DNA of 64,000 bases from an uncultured Candidatus Rokubacteria bacterium (GCA_963762145.1 CAVXJS010000021.1:1120001-1184000), one strand, 5' to 3'; positions 41,750 through 54,695 are shown, counted from the stretch's first letter. Notes: generated from the sequence alone by a model not told the origin. Numbers and translations are program-made.

Positions 41750-41765
41750 CGGCATTGGCCTTGCA
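41750..41765 (+). promoter_or_regulatory. sigma54 promoter
   Basis: CGGCAT-TGGCC-TTGCA. Confidence 0.8.
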
Positions 41766-41786
41766 CTTGACCTGACGCGCACATCG

Positions 41787-42881
41787 ATGACGGACGTGAT
41801 GACCCGCCGGGCTCTACTTCAGGGAGCGCTCGCGCTCGTGGGCCCAGGAGCGGCCAGCGCGCGTGAGGCGGACTCCGCCCATCGTCATCCACCGTCTAAG
41901 GGCGTCTACCTCTCCTACTACGGAGTCGGGGATCGCGTCATCCGGGGTCGAGTGCTCGGGTTGCTGGACCGTACGGAGCTCAACACCGTCGTCATCGACG
42001 TGAAGGGAGACCGAGGGCTCATCCCGTACGAGAGCCAGGTTCCCCTGGCCCGGAGCGCCGGCGCGATGGGGCGCGTCCGTGTGCCCGGCTTCGATGACCT
42101 GCTTGCCGGGCTCAAGGCGAAGGCCGTCCACACCGTGGCGCGCGTCGTGGTGTTCAAGGACGACGTGCTGGCGCGCTACCGGCCGGAATGGGCTGTCGCC
42201 GACACGACGACGGGCTCGCCCTGGCGCGACAACGAGCGCCTCGCGTGGATCGATCCGTTCCACGAGGACGCGTGGGCATATCCAATCGCGCTGGCCCGGG
42301 AGGCGGCACTCAAGGGCTTCGATGAGATCCAGTTCGACTACTTGCGGTTCCCGAGTGACGGCAGGCTCGGGGCGGCGCGCTACTCGAGGGCCAGCACCGT
42401 GCAGAGCCGCGTGCAGGCGATTGCGCGGTTCCTCGCGCAGGCCCGACTGGCCCTGACCCCGGTGGGCGCGGCGCTGGCGATCGATGTCTTCGGCTACACG
42501 GGCTTCAACCCGGACGACACCGGCGTCGGCCAGCGCATCGAGGAGCTGGCGCCGCTCGTGGACGTCCTCTGCCCGATGGCCTACCCCTCCGCGTACCACG
42601 TCGGCATCCCGGGCTTCCGCGATCCGGTCGCGCATCCCTATGAGGTCGTCCTCGAGACGGTGAGGCGCATTCGCGGGCGATCCGCGCAGGCGTCGGTCCA
42701 GGTTCGGCCCTGGATCCAGGACTTCCGCGACTACGCCTTCGACCGCCGTTCGTTCGGGGTGCCGGAGATTCGCGCCCAGATGAGAGGCGCCCTCGATGGG
42801 GGGGCGACCGGCTGGATGCTCTGGAATCCCGCCAATCGCTACACCGCGGAAGCGCTCGAGTCCAGCAACGGCCGGGGCTAG
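41787..42881 (+). CDS. putative glycoside hydrolase (DUF4015-like), Tat signal
   Basis: TRRALL, LNTVVIDVKGDRG, FDEIQFDYLRFP, PMAYPS, RPWIQDF, WMLWNP. Confidence 0.88.
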   Translation: MTDVMTRRALLQGALALVGPGAASAREADSAHRHPPSKGVYLSYYGVGDRVIRGRVLGLLDRTELNTVVIDVKGDRGLIPYESQVPLARSAGAMGRVRVPGFDDLLAGLKAKAVHTVARVVVFKDDVLARYRPEWAVADTTTGSPWRDNERLAWIDPFHEDAWAYPIALAREAALKGFDEIQFDYLRFPSDGRLGAARYSRASTVQSRVQAIARFLAQARLALTPVGAALAIDVFGYTGFNPDDTGVGQRIEELAPLVDVLCPMAYPSAYHVGIPGFRDPVAHPYEVVLETVRRIRGRSAQASVQVRPWIQDFRDYAFDRRSFGVPEIRAQMRGALDGGATGWMLWNPANRYTAEALESSNGRG

Positions 42882-42900
42882 CCCCGAGGCGGCTGCGCCC

Positions 42901-43351
42901 CTACACACCCAGCTCGGCGCGCACCCGGACGTAGTGGAGAATCTGCTCCCGGCCGATCATGCCGACGAGCTGGCCGCCGGCAAGCACCGGCACCTGCGCC
43001 ACGTTGGCGTCGTCCATCCTCTTGAGCGCGGTGAGCAGATCCGCCGTCGGCTCCACCGTGGTCACCTTCTCCGCCGGCGTCATGACCTCCCCCGCGGTGA
43101 CCGCGGCCCAGCGATCCTGCGGGATGGCCTTGATCTCGTGCAGCGTGAGCAGGCCCGTCAGCCGCCCGCCCTCTGTCACCGCGAAGCAGCGCCGCCCCGC
43201 GCCCAGCACGTCCTCGCGAACGATGCGCTCGAGGCTCGCGCCACGCTCGATGCGCCGGCAGTCCGATGTCATCGCCTGGGCCACTGTCACGTCACGCAGC
43301 AGCTCTCGGAGATTGGCCTCGGCGTGGCTGTGAGCGGCGGCGTGCGATCAT
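42901..43351 (-). pseudogene. site-2 protease (M50)-CBS remnant: start codon plus C-terminal CBS pair
   Basis: AGGAGG-ATG ATC GCA, then out of frame AAAHSHAEANLRELLRDVTVAQAM..VRVRAELGV. Confidence 0.7.
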
Positions 43352-43382
43352 GATGGCCTCCTGTGCTCCACACGACGCACGC

Positions 43383-43398
43383 AGCAAGGACGGTGCCA
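43383..43398 (-). promoter_or_regulatory. sigma54 promoter
   Basis: TGGCAC-CGTCC-TTGCT. Confidence 0.88.
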
Positions 43399-43460
43399 CG
43401 CGGGTGGCCGAGGTATCCCGCGCTCGTGATCCGGACTGAGCCTCGCCGGGCATGGGCGAG

Positions 43461-43497
43461 TGAGGCGACGGCTCCCCGATGAGGCGGCGGAGTCCCG
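43461..43497. promoter_or_regulatory. tandem candidate UAS
   Basis: TGAGG-N8-CCCCG and TGAGG-N8-TCCCG, 19 bp apart. Confidence 0.68.
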
Positions 43498-43520
43498 ACA
43501 TGGCCGGTGCCCTTGCGCTG

Positions 43521-43536
43521 GGGCACAGGTCCTGCT
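43521..43536 (+). promoter_or_regulatory. sigma54 promoter
   Basis: GGGCAC-AGGTC-CTGCT. Confidence 0.65.
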
Positions 43537-43561
43537 ATCCGTCGGGGCCAGGAGAATCCTG

Positions 43562-44585
43562 GTGACACGCAGGCCGGTGGTCCTGGTGACCGGCGCGGGG
43601 GGCGAGGTCGGGCACGGCCTCATCCATCAGCTCGCGGATCTGGCGGTCTATGACGTGCTGGCCCTCGACGTCCGGGCCGTGGACGAGGCGATCGCGCGGC
43701 GCTGCGCGGCGACCCGGATCGGGGACATCCTCGACCGCCACCTGCTGGACCGCCTGCGGAGCGAGTTCGAGATCTCGGTCGTCTTTCATCTGGCCGCGCT
43801 TCTCTCCACGCGGGCGGAGTTCGTGCCGGAAACAGCCCACGAGGTCAACGTGCAGGGCACGCTGAACCTCTTGCGTCTCGCCGTCGACGAGGCCCGCTCG
43901 CTCGACCATCCGGTCCGGTTCCTCTTCCCGAGCTCGATCGCGGTCTACGGGCTGCCGGACCTCCACACCAAGCGCACGGCCGGCAAGGTGGCCGAACCGT
44001 CCTGGCTTTCGCCGACCACGATGTACGGCTGCAACAAGCTCTACTGCGAGCACCTCGGGCGCTACTACGCGCGTCACTACCGGCAGCTGGCCGCGGGCGA
44101 GCCGAGCGGGGTCGATTTCCGGGCGGTCCGCCTCCCCGGGCTGATCTCCGCCTTCACGGAGCCGAGTGGCGGCACGAGCGACTACGCGCCGGAGATGATC
44201 CACACCGCCGCTCAGCGACGCCCCTACGCCTGCTTCGTCCGGGAGGACACGCGCATCCCGTTCATGGCCATGCCCGACGCGGTCACCGCCCTGCTGGCGC
44301 TGCTCGAGGCGCCGGCCGGATCGCTGACCAGCCCGGTCTACAACGTCGCCGCCTTCAGCCCCAGCGCCGGCGAGCTGGCCGATCTCGTGCGCCGCGCGTT
44401 TCCCGGACGCCCGGATCTCCTTCGCGCCGGACCGGCGCCGGCAGGCCATCGTCGACTCGTGGCCCGAGGACGTCGACGACGCGCCGGCCCGGCGCGACTG
44501 GGGCTTCCGGCCGGCCTACGATCTGACGCGCACGTTCGAGGAGTACCTCGTGCCGAACATCACGCGGCGGTACGCCCCGCGCTGA
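43562..44585 (+). CDS. SDR-type L-threonine 3-dehydrogenase, frameshift near 44408
   Basis: VTGAGGEVG, HLAALLS, MYGCNK, GGTSDYA, IVDSWP; adjacent to kbl. Confidence 0.85.
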
Positions 44586-44598
44586 CCGGAGATGGCTC

Positions 44599-45790
<1,192 letters not shown>

Positions 45791-45810
<20 letters not shown>

Positions 45811-46237
45811 GCACCGGGCAGGGCGCGGTCGCGATGGCGCGCGCGGCCACGCTGCCCAGGAAGAAGCGCGGAAACCCAGTGCGGCCGTGGGTGCCGACCA
45901 CGAGGACGTCCGCGCGCTTCGCCCTGGCCGCCCGCACGATGACCTCGTACGGGCTTCCGGCCACGACCAGGCCCGCGGCGCGGACGCCCGCCCGCCTGGC
46001 CTTCGCCACCAGCGCTCCGACCTGCTTCTTCGCCGCCGCGTGCAGGGCCGCCTCGATCCCATCCCAGGTCGGCGGCGGGATGTACGGGCTGCCCAGGGGC
46101 GGAGTGGAGAGCATCACCGCGTGCATGACCAGGAGCCGTGCGCGATTGGCCTTGGCCAGCGCCACCGCGCGCGCGAACGCGGCGTCCGAGACCGACGAGC
46201 AATCGGACGCTATCATCACCGTTCGGATCTTCGCCAT
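45791..46237 (-). CDS. universal stress protein
   Basis: MIASDCS, GTHGRTG..LGSVAAR; AGGAGG RBS. Confidence 0.92.
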
Positions 46238-46276
46238 GTTCGGACCTCCTCTGCCCAACCGAGCCCCAGGCCCCGC

Positions 46277-46795
46277 ATGATCCCCCTCGCTCCGCTTCTC
46301 TTCCGGCTGGTCCAGCTCCTCTACTTCATGGCGCCGGCCTATGCCGCCAACATGGCTCCCCCGTTCGTCCGGTACTGGAGCGGGTGGAACCCGCCGATCA
46401 GTCGACGGTGGCTCGGCTCGCACAAGACCGTCGTGGGCTTCGCGGCCGGTGTCCTCGCGGCGACGGCGGCGACGTTCGTCCAGTCCCGCCTCGCCTGGGA
46501 GGGCGCGCTCGCGGCTCCCGAGCCCTGGCTGACGCTCGGGCTCCGCTTTGGCTTGGGCGCCATGGCGGGCGACACCGCGAAGAGCTTTCTCAAGCGTCGC
46601 GCCGGAATCGCCGCGGGCCATCCCTGGATCCCCTGGGACCAGATCGACTTCGTGCTGGGCGCGCTCGCGCTGGTCTGGGGTGCGGCGGCGCTGTCATGGG
46701 TCGACGTGGCGACCATCCTGGTGCTGAGCGTGATCGGACACGTCCTCGTCAACCACCTCGCCTACTGGCTCGGGATCCGCAATGCGAAGTGGTAA
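46277..46795 (+). CDS. CDP-archaeol synthase (CarS/DUF46) family
   Basis: PAYAANMAP, GSHKT..G, GDTAKSFLKRR, DQIDF, NHLAYWLG..W. Confidence 0.85.
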   Translation: MIPLAPLLFRLVQLLYFMAPAYAANMAPPFVRYWSGWNPPISRRWLGSHKTVVGFAAGVLAATAATFVQSRLAWEGALAAPEPWLTLGLRFGLGAMAGDTAKSFLKRRAGIAAGHPWIPWDQIDFVLGALALVWGAAALSWVDVATILVLSVIGHVLVNHLAYWLGIRNAKW

Positions 46796-47027
46796 CCGCG
46801 CCCGAATCCAATCTCCGGCTTGAAGTGCCTGCAGCGACACCCGGCCGCCCGACATTCGCCCGTTTGGTCGTGTTCCCGGTCGGAATGTCCACAGATGCAC
46901 ATGTCCATGCTCGTCCCCCCAGCGCCATGACCGGGTCAACCGGACGTGGGCCGCCTCCGGATGCACCGGCAGACGGCGGCGGCCCACGTGACCCGCAATG
47001 TGGATCTCCTTCGCGCCACCTACTCTC

Positions 47028-47702
47028 TCAGACCGGCTCGGTTCGCAGATGATCCTCGACAGCGCGAACACCGGGCGTGAAACGGGCGGCCGCCAGCACC
47101 GATTTGCGCTCCGCCCATGAATGGACCGGGCCCGTCAGCGTGACGGTGCCGTCCCGGACGTCGACGCCGATGTGCCGGGCCTCGCGCTCGGCGCGCCGCT
47201 CCAGGGCCTGCTCGATCGCCTTGCGGACGTCCCCGACCACCGGTTTCGCAGGCGTGACGGTGATGTTGTTCACGACCATCTTCACCCCCATCAAATTGCG
47301 GACGGCCCGCGCCGCATCCTCGCGCTGACTCGAGCGCTCGACCTGACCTGCCAGCGTGACCCAGCCGTCCGTCACCGTGGATGTGATCTTCTCGTTGGGG
47401 ACAAACACGTCCCATTCGATTGCTCGTCGCACCGCCTGAGCGATCTCGGTGTCGGTCCGGCCGAGAGTGCCCGGCACCTTCACCTGGATGTCGTTCGCCA
47501 CGTCGAGAACGCCCATCACGCGACGGGCCGCCTCCTGAGCCGCCACGCGCTTGGCCCAGCCCGTCACGGTGCCGGTCAGCGTGACGACGCCGCCGGCTAC
47601 TTGAACCCCGACCTCCGTCTCGTCGACGCGAGAATCCCACTTGAGCTCCTCGAGCACGTCATGATGGATCTGCGTGTCACTCTTCCTGATCGTCTGGGAC
47701 AT
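47028..47702 (-). CDS. triple-BON (OsmY-like) protein
   Basis: Three repeats of D..I..G.VTLTG.V..GV..V.N. Confidence 0.92.
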   Translation of the reverse strand: MSQTIRKSDTQIHHDVLEELKWDSRVDETEVGVQVAGGVVTLTGTVTGWAKRVAAQEAARRVMGVLDVANDIQVKVPGTLGRTDTEIAQAVRRAIEWDVFVPNEKITSTVTDGWVTLAGQVERSSQREDAARAVRNLMGVKMVVNNITVTPAKPVVGDVRKAIEQALERRAEREARHIGVDVRDGTVTLTGPVHSWAERKSVLAAARFTPGVRAVEDHLRTEPV

Positions 47703-47817
47703 GGCTGTCTCCTTCCCCTTTGTTGGAGCGCAGCGCTCACTGCGCCGCGCCCTCCGCTACAACTGCATGCCTAGCGCAAGGGACCTGCTTGTACTGCAAG
47801 CCTGCTCTCCCTCGGTC

Positions 47818-48258
47818 CTACTCGCCCTTGATCGGGATCGTCGTGCCCTTGGCGGCCGGCGTCTTCGGCAGCGTCACCGTCAACAGCCCATTCTTGAACG
47901 CGGCCGAGACCTTGTTTGCGTCCACCCCGACCGGCAGCCGCGCGCTCCGGGTGAACGCCCCGTAGGACCGCTCGATGCGGTGATACCGCTCATCCTTCTG
48001 TTCCTTCTCCTGCTTCTTCTCGCCCTTGATCGTCAGCAGGTTCTCCTGCAGCGAGACCTCGATGTCCTTCTGGTCCATCCCGGGTACCTCCACCTTCACG
48101 ACCACGCTGTCCTTCGTCTCCGAGATGTCCATGCTCGGAGCCCAGTCTCCGACCACCGGGAACTCGTCCCACTTGAGCTCCTCGAGGCGATCGAACCAGC
48201 GGTCCAGCTCGCTCTTCAGGCCTGCCATCCCCGTCCACGGCATCAGTCCCCGCGTCAT
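47818..48258 (-). CDS. Hsp20 small heat-shock protein
   Basis: Third close paralog, APSMDISET..ERSYGAFTR. Confidence 0.95.
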   Translation of the reverse strand: MTRGLMPWTGMAGLKSELDRWFDRLEELKWDEFPVVGDWAPSMDISETKDSVVVKVEVPGMDQKDIEVSLQENLLTIKGEKKQEKEQKDERYHRIERSYGAFTRSARLPVGVDANKVSAAFKNGLLTVTLPKTPAAKGTTIPIKGE

Positions 48259-48315
48259 GACCATCCTCCTTCTGGTGAAAGTGTTTCGATGAACATCGTC
48301 GCCGCCGCTGAGTAG

Positions 48316-48331
48316 TGCATCACCGATGCCA
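48316..48331 (-). promoter_or_regulatory. sigma54 promoter
   Basis: TGGCAT-CGGTG-ATGCA; IHF-like ATTCAAGACGTTG at 48348-48360. Confidence 0.82.
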
Positions 48332-48382
48332 GTCAGATCATCCAGTGATTCAAGACGTTGCGATCGGCGGGTGGATAACGGC

Positions 48383-48419
48383 CGGGGCGCCCGCGCCCGC
48401 ATGTGGCCGCAACGCCCCA
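48383..48419. promoter_or_regulatory. tandem candidate UAS
   Basis: CGGGG-N8-CCCGC and TGTGG-N8-CCCCA, 19 bp apart. Confidence 0.6.
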
Positions 48420-48589
48420 GGGGCGATTGTCCGCAGCGTCGCGGACGGCCACGTCGGGACCCACGGTGACAACAGCCCAGCGAAGACCGGCAGCGTGCGC
48501 GCCACCTGGCCCGGCTCCTCCCGAAGGCACCTTTCCAGAATCACCAGCTGGAGATCATGCTCGGTGAGCATCCCGATGAGCCGCCGCCC

Positions 48590-48680
48590 GGCGTACTGGT
48601 TGTGTCTCTCAACATCGCCGATACCGGAGAGGGCATACAGCCCGAGGCGCTCAAGAGAATCTGGGAGCCGTTCCCCTCAG
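48590..48680 (+). pseudogene. histidine-kinase HATPase fragment
   Basis: VSLNIADTGEGIQPEALKRIWEPF (G1/F box) only. Confidence 0.6.
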
Positions 48681-48737
48681 CGACGAACCCCGCTGACCTC
48701 CAAACAACCGCCGAACCGGACGAAACCGCGCGTCATC

Positions 48738-49286
48738 TCACTGCCGGCTCTTGCCCCGGACCTGTCGCAGCAGCTTCTCCAGCCACCCGGCCTCGTCCGA
48801 GGCGACCGTCGACCGGTATGCAGGCGGCGGCGGCTCCGGATCCGGGGTGGCCTGGTGCCCAGTAGTCTGAACGATGTGGATCCGATAGAAGACCGGCACC
48901 AGAGGGCGCGTGCCGCCGCCGAGTATCGTCTTCACGTACGCGGGCTCCCACCACATGCCGCTCTGCTTCAGCAGTGTGTGGGCGAATAGGCGCGCGCTCT
49001 GCCATTGCGGCGTATCGGGCAGCTCCTCGTAGCGACCAAAGGCGATGACGCTCGCCCACTGCTGGGGGCTCACGACCTCGTCCACCTCGATACAGACCAA
49101 GGGGTTGGCGCGCATCCACTCGATTTTCTTGCCGAGCGTGGCAAAGCCATAGAGCGACCGATCCGCGTACGCGAGATAGACGGGCACCACGTAGGGCTGG
49201 CCCCCCTGACTGCACGCCAGCCTGCCCAGCCGCGTGCGGGCCAGCAGGTCCAGGCTCGCCTGGCCGCTCAGCTCCTGGATCAACAT
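48738..49286 (-). CDS. pyridoxamine 5'-phosphate oxidase-like flavin-binding protein
   Basis: GRLAC..QPYVVP, GKKIEWMRANPLVC, WASVIAFGRYEEL. Confidence 0.88.
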   Translation of the reverse strand: MLIQELSGQASLDLLARTRLGRLACSQGGQPYVVPVYLAYADRSLYGFATLGKKIEWMRANPLVCIEVDEVVSPQQWASVIAFGRYEELPDTPQWQSARLFAHTLLKQSGMWWEPAYVKTILGGGTRPLVPVFYRIHIVQTTGHQATPDPEPPPPAYRSTVASDEAGWLEKLLRQVRGKSRQ

Positions 49287-49409
49287 GATGTGGGCAACAC
49301 GGAGCGCTACCGGATGCGTATGTCTCGCACGGAGCCGAGGATTCCGAACACCGGCGAGAGCCAGAGGACGACGCCGATCCGGCTCATGTCCGCTCCTCAC
49401 TCGGGGCGG

Positions 49410-49637
49410 TCACGCCGAGGACCTCCGAGAACCGATGAAGACCATTACCACACCCCCGGCAAGCGCCAGCGCGCCGACGACCGGGGGCAGCGGAATGCTC
49501 TTCTTCTTCTCGACCGAGGCCTGGAGCGGCCCCAGGTCGATGACCTTCTCCCGCGTCGTGTACGTGATGCCCTGATAGGCCAGGGCCAGCACGCCGAGAA
49601 CGATCAGGGCGATACCGACGAGCGTCACCGGCTTCAT
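49410..49637 (-). CDS. DUF3185-like small membrane protein
   Basis: MKPVTLVGIALIVLG..YTTREKVIDLGPL..IPLPP. Confidence 0.8.
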   Translation of the reverse strand: MKPVTLVGIALIVLGVLALAYQGITYTTREKVIDLGPLQASVEKKKSIPLPPVVGALALAGGVVMVFIGSRRSSA

Positions 49638-49924
49638 GCGTCCCTCCTCGCGGGCGCCGGCCGAATCGCCTCCTGCCCGGCCTGGAGCGCGTCGCTCACG
49701 TGCGCCTTCGTGTCCTGTAGGAAGTCCTCGGCTCGACGCAGGGCCTCGCCGCCGCGGTCCAGCACCTGCCCGGCGGTCTCCTCGATCGTCCGGACTCCCT
49801 CCGCGACCGTCGTGCGCACCCCGCGCGTCTTCTCCTCTACGTACGCCTCCATCTCCCGTCCCCACAGCCACACGACGGCGCCCCCCACGATCGCTCCCAG
49901 CAGAAAGACCCGGCTGCTTCGCAT
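49634..49924 (-). CDS. YtxH-like protein
   Basis: FLLGAIVGGAVVWLWG followed by an amphipathic helix. Confidence 0.75.
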   Translation of the reverse strand: MRSSRVFLLGAIVGGAVVWLWGREMEAYVEEKTRGVRTTVAEGVRTIEETAGQVLDRGGEALRRAEDFLQDTKAHVSDALQAGQEAIRPAPARRDA

Positions 49925-49937
49925 CACACACCTCCCG

Positions 49938-50248
49938 TCACTTCATCCGCATATCGTTCTTGACGGACTTCACGCCGGCCACCCCACACGCGAGCTTCAT
50001 CGCCTGGTCTATATCCGCCTGAGATCGCACGAAGCCGCTCAGTTGCACCACGCCCTTGAACGTCTCGACGTTGATCTCGTTGACCTTGAGGCTGGCGTCG
50101 TTGAAGATCGCCGACTTCACCTTCGCCGTGATCACGGAGTCATCGACGTACTCTCCGGTCCCCTCTTTCGTCGCGGTGGATCCGCACCCCACGCCGTCGC
50201 CACGACGATGGTGAGAACCACGACCCCGAACCTCCTCAGTGCTCCCAT
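49938..50248 (-). CDS. BON-domain lipoprotein, frameshift near 50195
   Basis: MGALRRFGVVVLTIVV / GCGST..GEYVDDSVITAKVK..VETFKGVVQLSGFV. Confidence 0.82.
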
Positions 50249-50320
50249 GGCCAGAATCTCCTTCCGCCTGGCCGATCGTGAGCGTCACTCGGGCCGTTAA
50301 CTCCGCCTGAAGCCGTCCAA

Positions 50321-50336
50321 AGCAAGCGAGGTGCCA
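50321..50336 (-). promoter_or_regulatory. sigma54 promoter
   Basis: TGGCAC-CTCGC-TTGCT; IHF-like ATTCGATATGTTG at 50354-50366; UAS-like TGCGG-N8-CCCCA at 50410-50427. Confidence 0.88.
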
Positions 50337-50619
50337 AACTCATACCGCAGAGGATTCGATATGTTGGCGCGCGGAACACGCCGCCACAGGTGGGTCAGGA
50401 TCGCGACGCTGCGGCGGGGATGCCCCACACCGACCGCGCCGCCTCAGACGCTGTTGCTGATCGCCAGCGCCCGTCGGGATTCTTCGGGCCGATCAAGTAA
50501 ACCTTCACGCTGTCCTCCCGCCGCGGTCCATCGCGGCCGTCACATCATGCCGAAATGCCGCAGCGCCTCTTCGATTGCTTCTCGCTTCTCGGGCGGGCAC
50601 GGCTCGACGTCACGATCAC

Positions 50620-51135
50620 GACGGGCCCGGTCTGCTCACCGGTGTGCTGTCGTGGCGCGACGTCGTCGGCTACACCGACGCCTGGAGGGTGCTCGTGTGG
50701 TTCGCCACCCTCGTTACGCTGGCCGACGGGCTCCACCGGGTGGGATTCCTGACCTGGTTCGCCGGTCGGATGGCCGCCGATCTCTCATCGGTGCCGCCCA
50801 CCATCCGGCTGGCACTGTTCGTCGCGGTGTTCTTCATCGCCCACTACATGTTCGCGAGCTTGACCGCCCACGCGACCCCGCTGCTACCGGTCCTCCTGGC
50901 CGCGGGCGCGGCCATGCCCGACCTGCCGGCCCGGCCCCTCGCCCTGCTGCTCGCCTATGCCATCGGCCTCATGGGGGTGCTGACGCCTTATGCCACCGGG
51001 CCAGCGCCGATCTATTTCGCGAGCGGCTATGTCAGCCGGCCGGCGTTCTGGGCCCTCGGCGGAATCTTCGGCGCCTTCTTCCTGCTGACGTTGCTCGCGC
51101 CCGGTGTGCCCTGGCTGCTCTCCGGCATCCCGTAG
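50620..51135 (+). pseudogene. DASS anion/carboxylate transporter, C-terminal third only
   Basis: WFATLVTLADGL, HYMFASLTAH, TPYATGPAPIYFASGY; no N-terminus. Confidence 0.78.
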
Positions 51136-51965
51136 GCGGCCAGACACTCGCTCTCACGACCGCGGACCACACGCCGTCCGGCCAGCCGACCCGACGGCTC
51201 CGTCACCATCGTGCGCTGTCCCTCCGATTGGGTATCGGTGTGGAAGTAGACGACGACCCAGTCGCGCGTTTTTCCGAGCTCGTGCGCCCGGGCGGTATTG
51301 GAGAACAGCACCGTGAACTGCCAGTGATCGCGCTCGGCGTGGAGGACCGGCAGCCAGGCGTGACCCTCCGGGTTGAAGCGGCGCGGCGCGATCCGGGGGA
51401 GGCGGCCCGCCTCGGCCGCGGCGCGGTACTGTCGGTCCACGTCCAGCAGCATCGCCACCGGAGGCTCCTCGGCCGGCTCGCGGAGTCGTAGCCGGGTGCG
51501 CCCCAGCATGGCGCCGAGTGCGGCGCGAAGTCCCGCGGCGCGGCGCGGGCCCATCCCGGGCACCGTGGCCAGGCGCCCGTCGTGGCCAGCGACCTCGAGG
51601 GCCTCCAGCGTGTCCACGTGCAACGTGTCGTGAATCCGTCGCGCGAGCGCGGGCCCCACGCCGGGAATGGCCCGGAAGAGCCGCTCGGCGTCCAGGCTCC
51701 CCCGGAGCCGGTCGAGCTGGCTCCAGCGGCCCGTCCGGAGCATCTCGGCGATCGCGGCGGCGATCCGCGGCCCGATCCCCGGCAGCGCGTCGAGACCCGC
51801 AACGCCGTCGCGCTCGTGGATCAGGGTAAGCTCCTGCCCGAGGCCCGAGACCGTCTGGGCGGCCTCGCGGTAGGCGCGAACCCGAAACGGGTTCGCGGCC
51901 TGCTTCTCGAGAAGATCGGCGGCCTCGCGGAGCCGGTCCGCGATGATCTGATTCGTCGCGCTCAC
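51027..51965 (-). CDS. helix-hairpin-helix DNA-binding protein (PolX N-terminal-like, no polymerase domain)
   Basis: ANPFRVRAYREAA, LPGIGPRIA, IPGVGP, VPGMGPRR, FSNTARAHELG. Confidence 0.85.
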   Translation of the reverse strand: MSATNQIIADRLREAADLLEKQAANPFRVRAYREAAQTVSGLGQELTLIHERDGVAGLDALPGIGPRIAAAIAEMLRTGRWSQLDRLRGSLDAERLFRAIPGVGPALARRIHDTLHVDTLEALEVAGHDGRLATVPGMGPRRAAGLRAALGAMLGRTRLRLREPAEEPPVAMLLDVDRQYRAAAEAGRLPRIAPRRFNPEGHAWLPVLHAERDHWQFTVLFSNTARAHELGKTRDWVVVYFHTDTQSEGQRTMVTEPSGRLAGRRVVRGRESECLAAYGMPESSQGTPGASNVSRKKAPKIPPRAQNAGRLT

Positions 51966-52615
51966 GGCGCCGCGGGCGCGCCGCGGCCGGCATCCCGCAC
52001 GACGTAGCCCCGGGCCACGAGCGCCGTTACCGCCGGCCCCGGATTGATGGTCGCGAGGCGCAGTGCGACTTCCCGCTCGCCGTTCGGCAGCTCGAGCGTC
52101 ATCACGCTGCAGATCCGGCCGCCGGCCTCCTCGGCCGTGCGCACTATCTCCCCAACCCCGGCCGCCGGGTCGCGCACGATCACGTCCACGCGGCTCGACG
52201 GCTCGAGTACGCCCAAAGCCCGCACGAAGAGCTGGAGCACGTCAGTCTCCGTCACGATGCCGACGAGCCGGTCTCCCTCGGTGACCGGGAGTGCGCTGAT
52301 CCTCCGCGTCGCCATCAGGCGCGCGGCTTCCTCAACGCCGGACATCGGCCCGATCGTGACCACCGTGCGCACCATGATCTGCCCCGCGGTGAGCTCGTCG
52401 AGAAGCCGATCGCGCTCACGCCCATCGGGCGTCGAGGCCGCCGAGGCCATGGACTGCTTGAGATCGCGATCGGAGACGATGCCCACGAGCTTGCCCCCGT
52501 CCAGGACCGGCAGATGACGGAAGCCGCGGCGCTGCAGCAACCGCACCAGGTTCGGAAGGCGCGTCTCGAGGGTGGCGGTCACCGGGTGCTCCTGCATGAC
52601 GTCCTTGACGAGCAT
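51962..52615 (-). CDS. CBS-CBS-ACT protein (AcuB-like)
   Basis: FRHLPVL..GIVSDRDLK..GIVTETDVL plus ACT-like C-terminus. Confidence 0.9.
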   Translation of the reverse strand: MLVKDVMQEHPVTATLETRLPNLVRLLQRRGFRHLPVLDGGKLVGIVSDRDLKQSMASAASTPDGRERDRLLDELTAGQIMVRTVVTIGPMSGVEEAARLMATRRISALPVTEGDRLVGIVTETDVLQLFVRALGVLEPSSRVDVIVRDPAAGVGEIVRTAEEAGGRICSVMTLELPNGEREVALRLATINPGPAVTALVARGYVVRDAGRGAPAAP

Positions 52616-52618
52616 GGC

Positions 52619-54244
<1,626 letters not shown>

Positions 54245-54260
54245 GTTTTCTCTCCCTCGC

Positions 54261-54656
54261 CTATTCGGGCCGGGACCGCTTCGGTCGACGCGCGCCCGCG
54301 CCGGCTAGCGCCCGCGCCGCGAAGTACTTCTTGGGGTGCCGCTTGCTGTCGCGGTCTTTCTCGCGGTAGCGCTCGAGCTGGCGCTCGAGCACGGCGAAGG
54401 CCGCGTCGAAGGCGAGCCGGGGAGTCACGTCGCTCCGCTCCACGCGGACGCTCGGGCGGAAGGGCACCCGGACCGTCAGCGCGCAGCGCATGGCTCGGCC
54501 ACCCTTTGGGCCGTTGTCGTCGAAGAACGAGGCCTCTCCCTTGACAGGAGCCACCGCCAGCTTCTGCAGGGCCTCGGTCATGAGTCTGTTGACACGGCTG
54601 CTCAGTGGACTCCGCTGCAGTCCAGCGATCCTGATTGCTTTCACGTTGGTCGTCAT
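54261..54656 (-). CDS. HPF/RaiA-like ribosome hibernation factor
   Basis: [31 protein letters not shown]. Confidence 0.78.
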   Translation of the reverse strand: MTTNVKAIRIAGLQRSPLSSRVNRLMTEALQKLAVAPVKGEASFFDDNGPKGGRAMRCALTVRVPFRPSVRVERSDVTPRLAFDAAFAVLERQLERYREKDRDSKRHPKKYFAARALAGAGARRPKRSRPE

Positions 54657-54669
54657 GTCAGCTATCAGC

Positions 54670-54685
54670 AGCAACGGCGATGCCA
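54670..54685 (-). promoter_or_regulatory. sigma54 promoter
   Basis: TGGCAT-CGCCG-TTGCT. Confidence 0.85.
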
Positions 54686-54695
54686 ATCGGTGCGG

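Noticed and set aside
40185-41786. N-terminal 530 aa of the 898-aa ORF
   Set aside because: Antisense shadow of real minus-strand genes; the real gene starts after the promoter at 41750.
47764-47779. Possible sigma54 promoter for the triple-BON gene (TTGCGC-TAGGC-ATGCA)
   Set aside because: Lacks the invariant GG; the gene may be read through from the hsp20 promoter.
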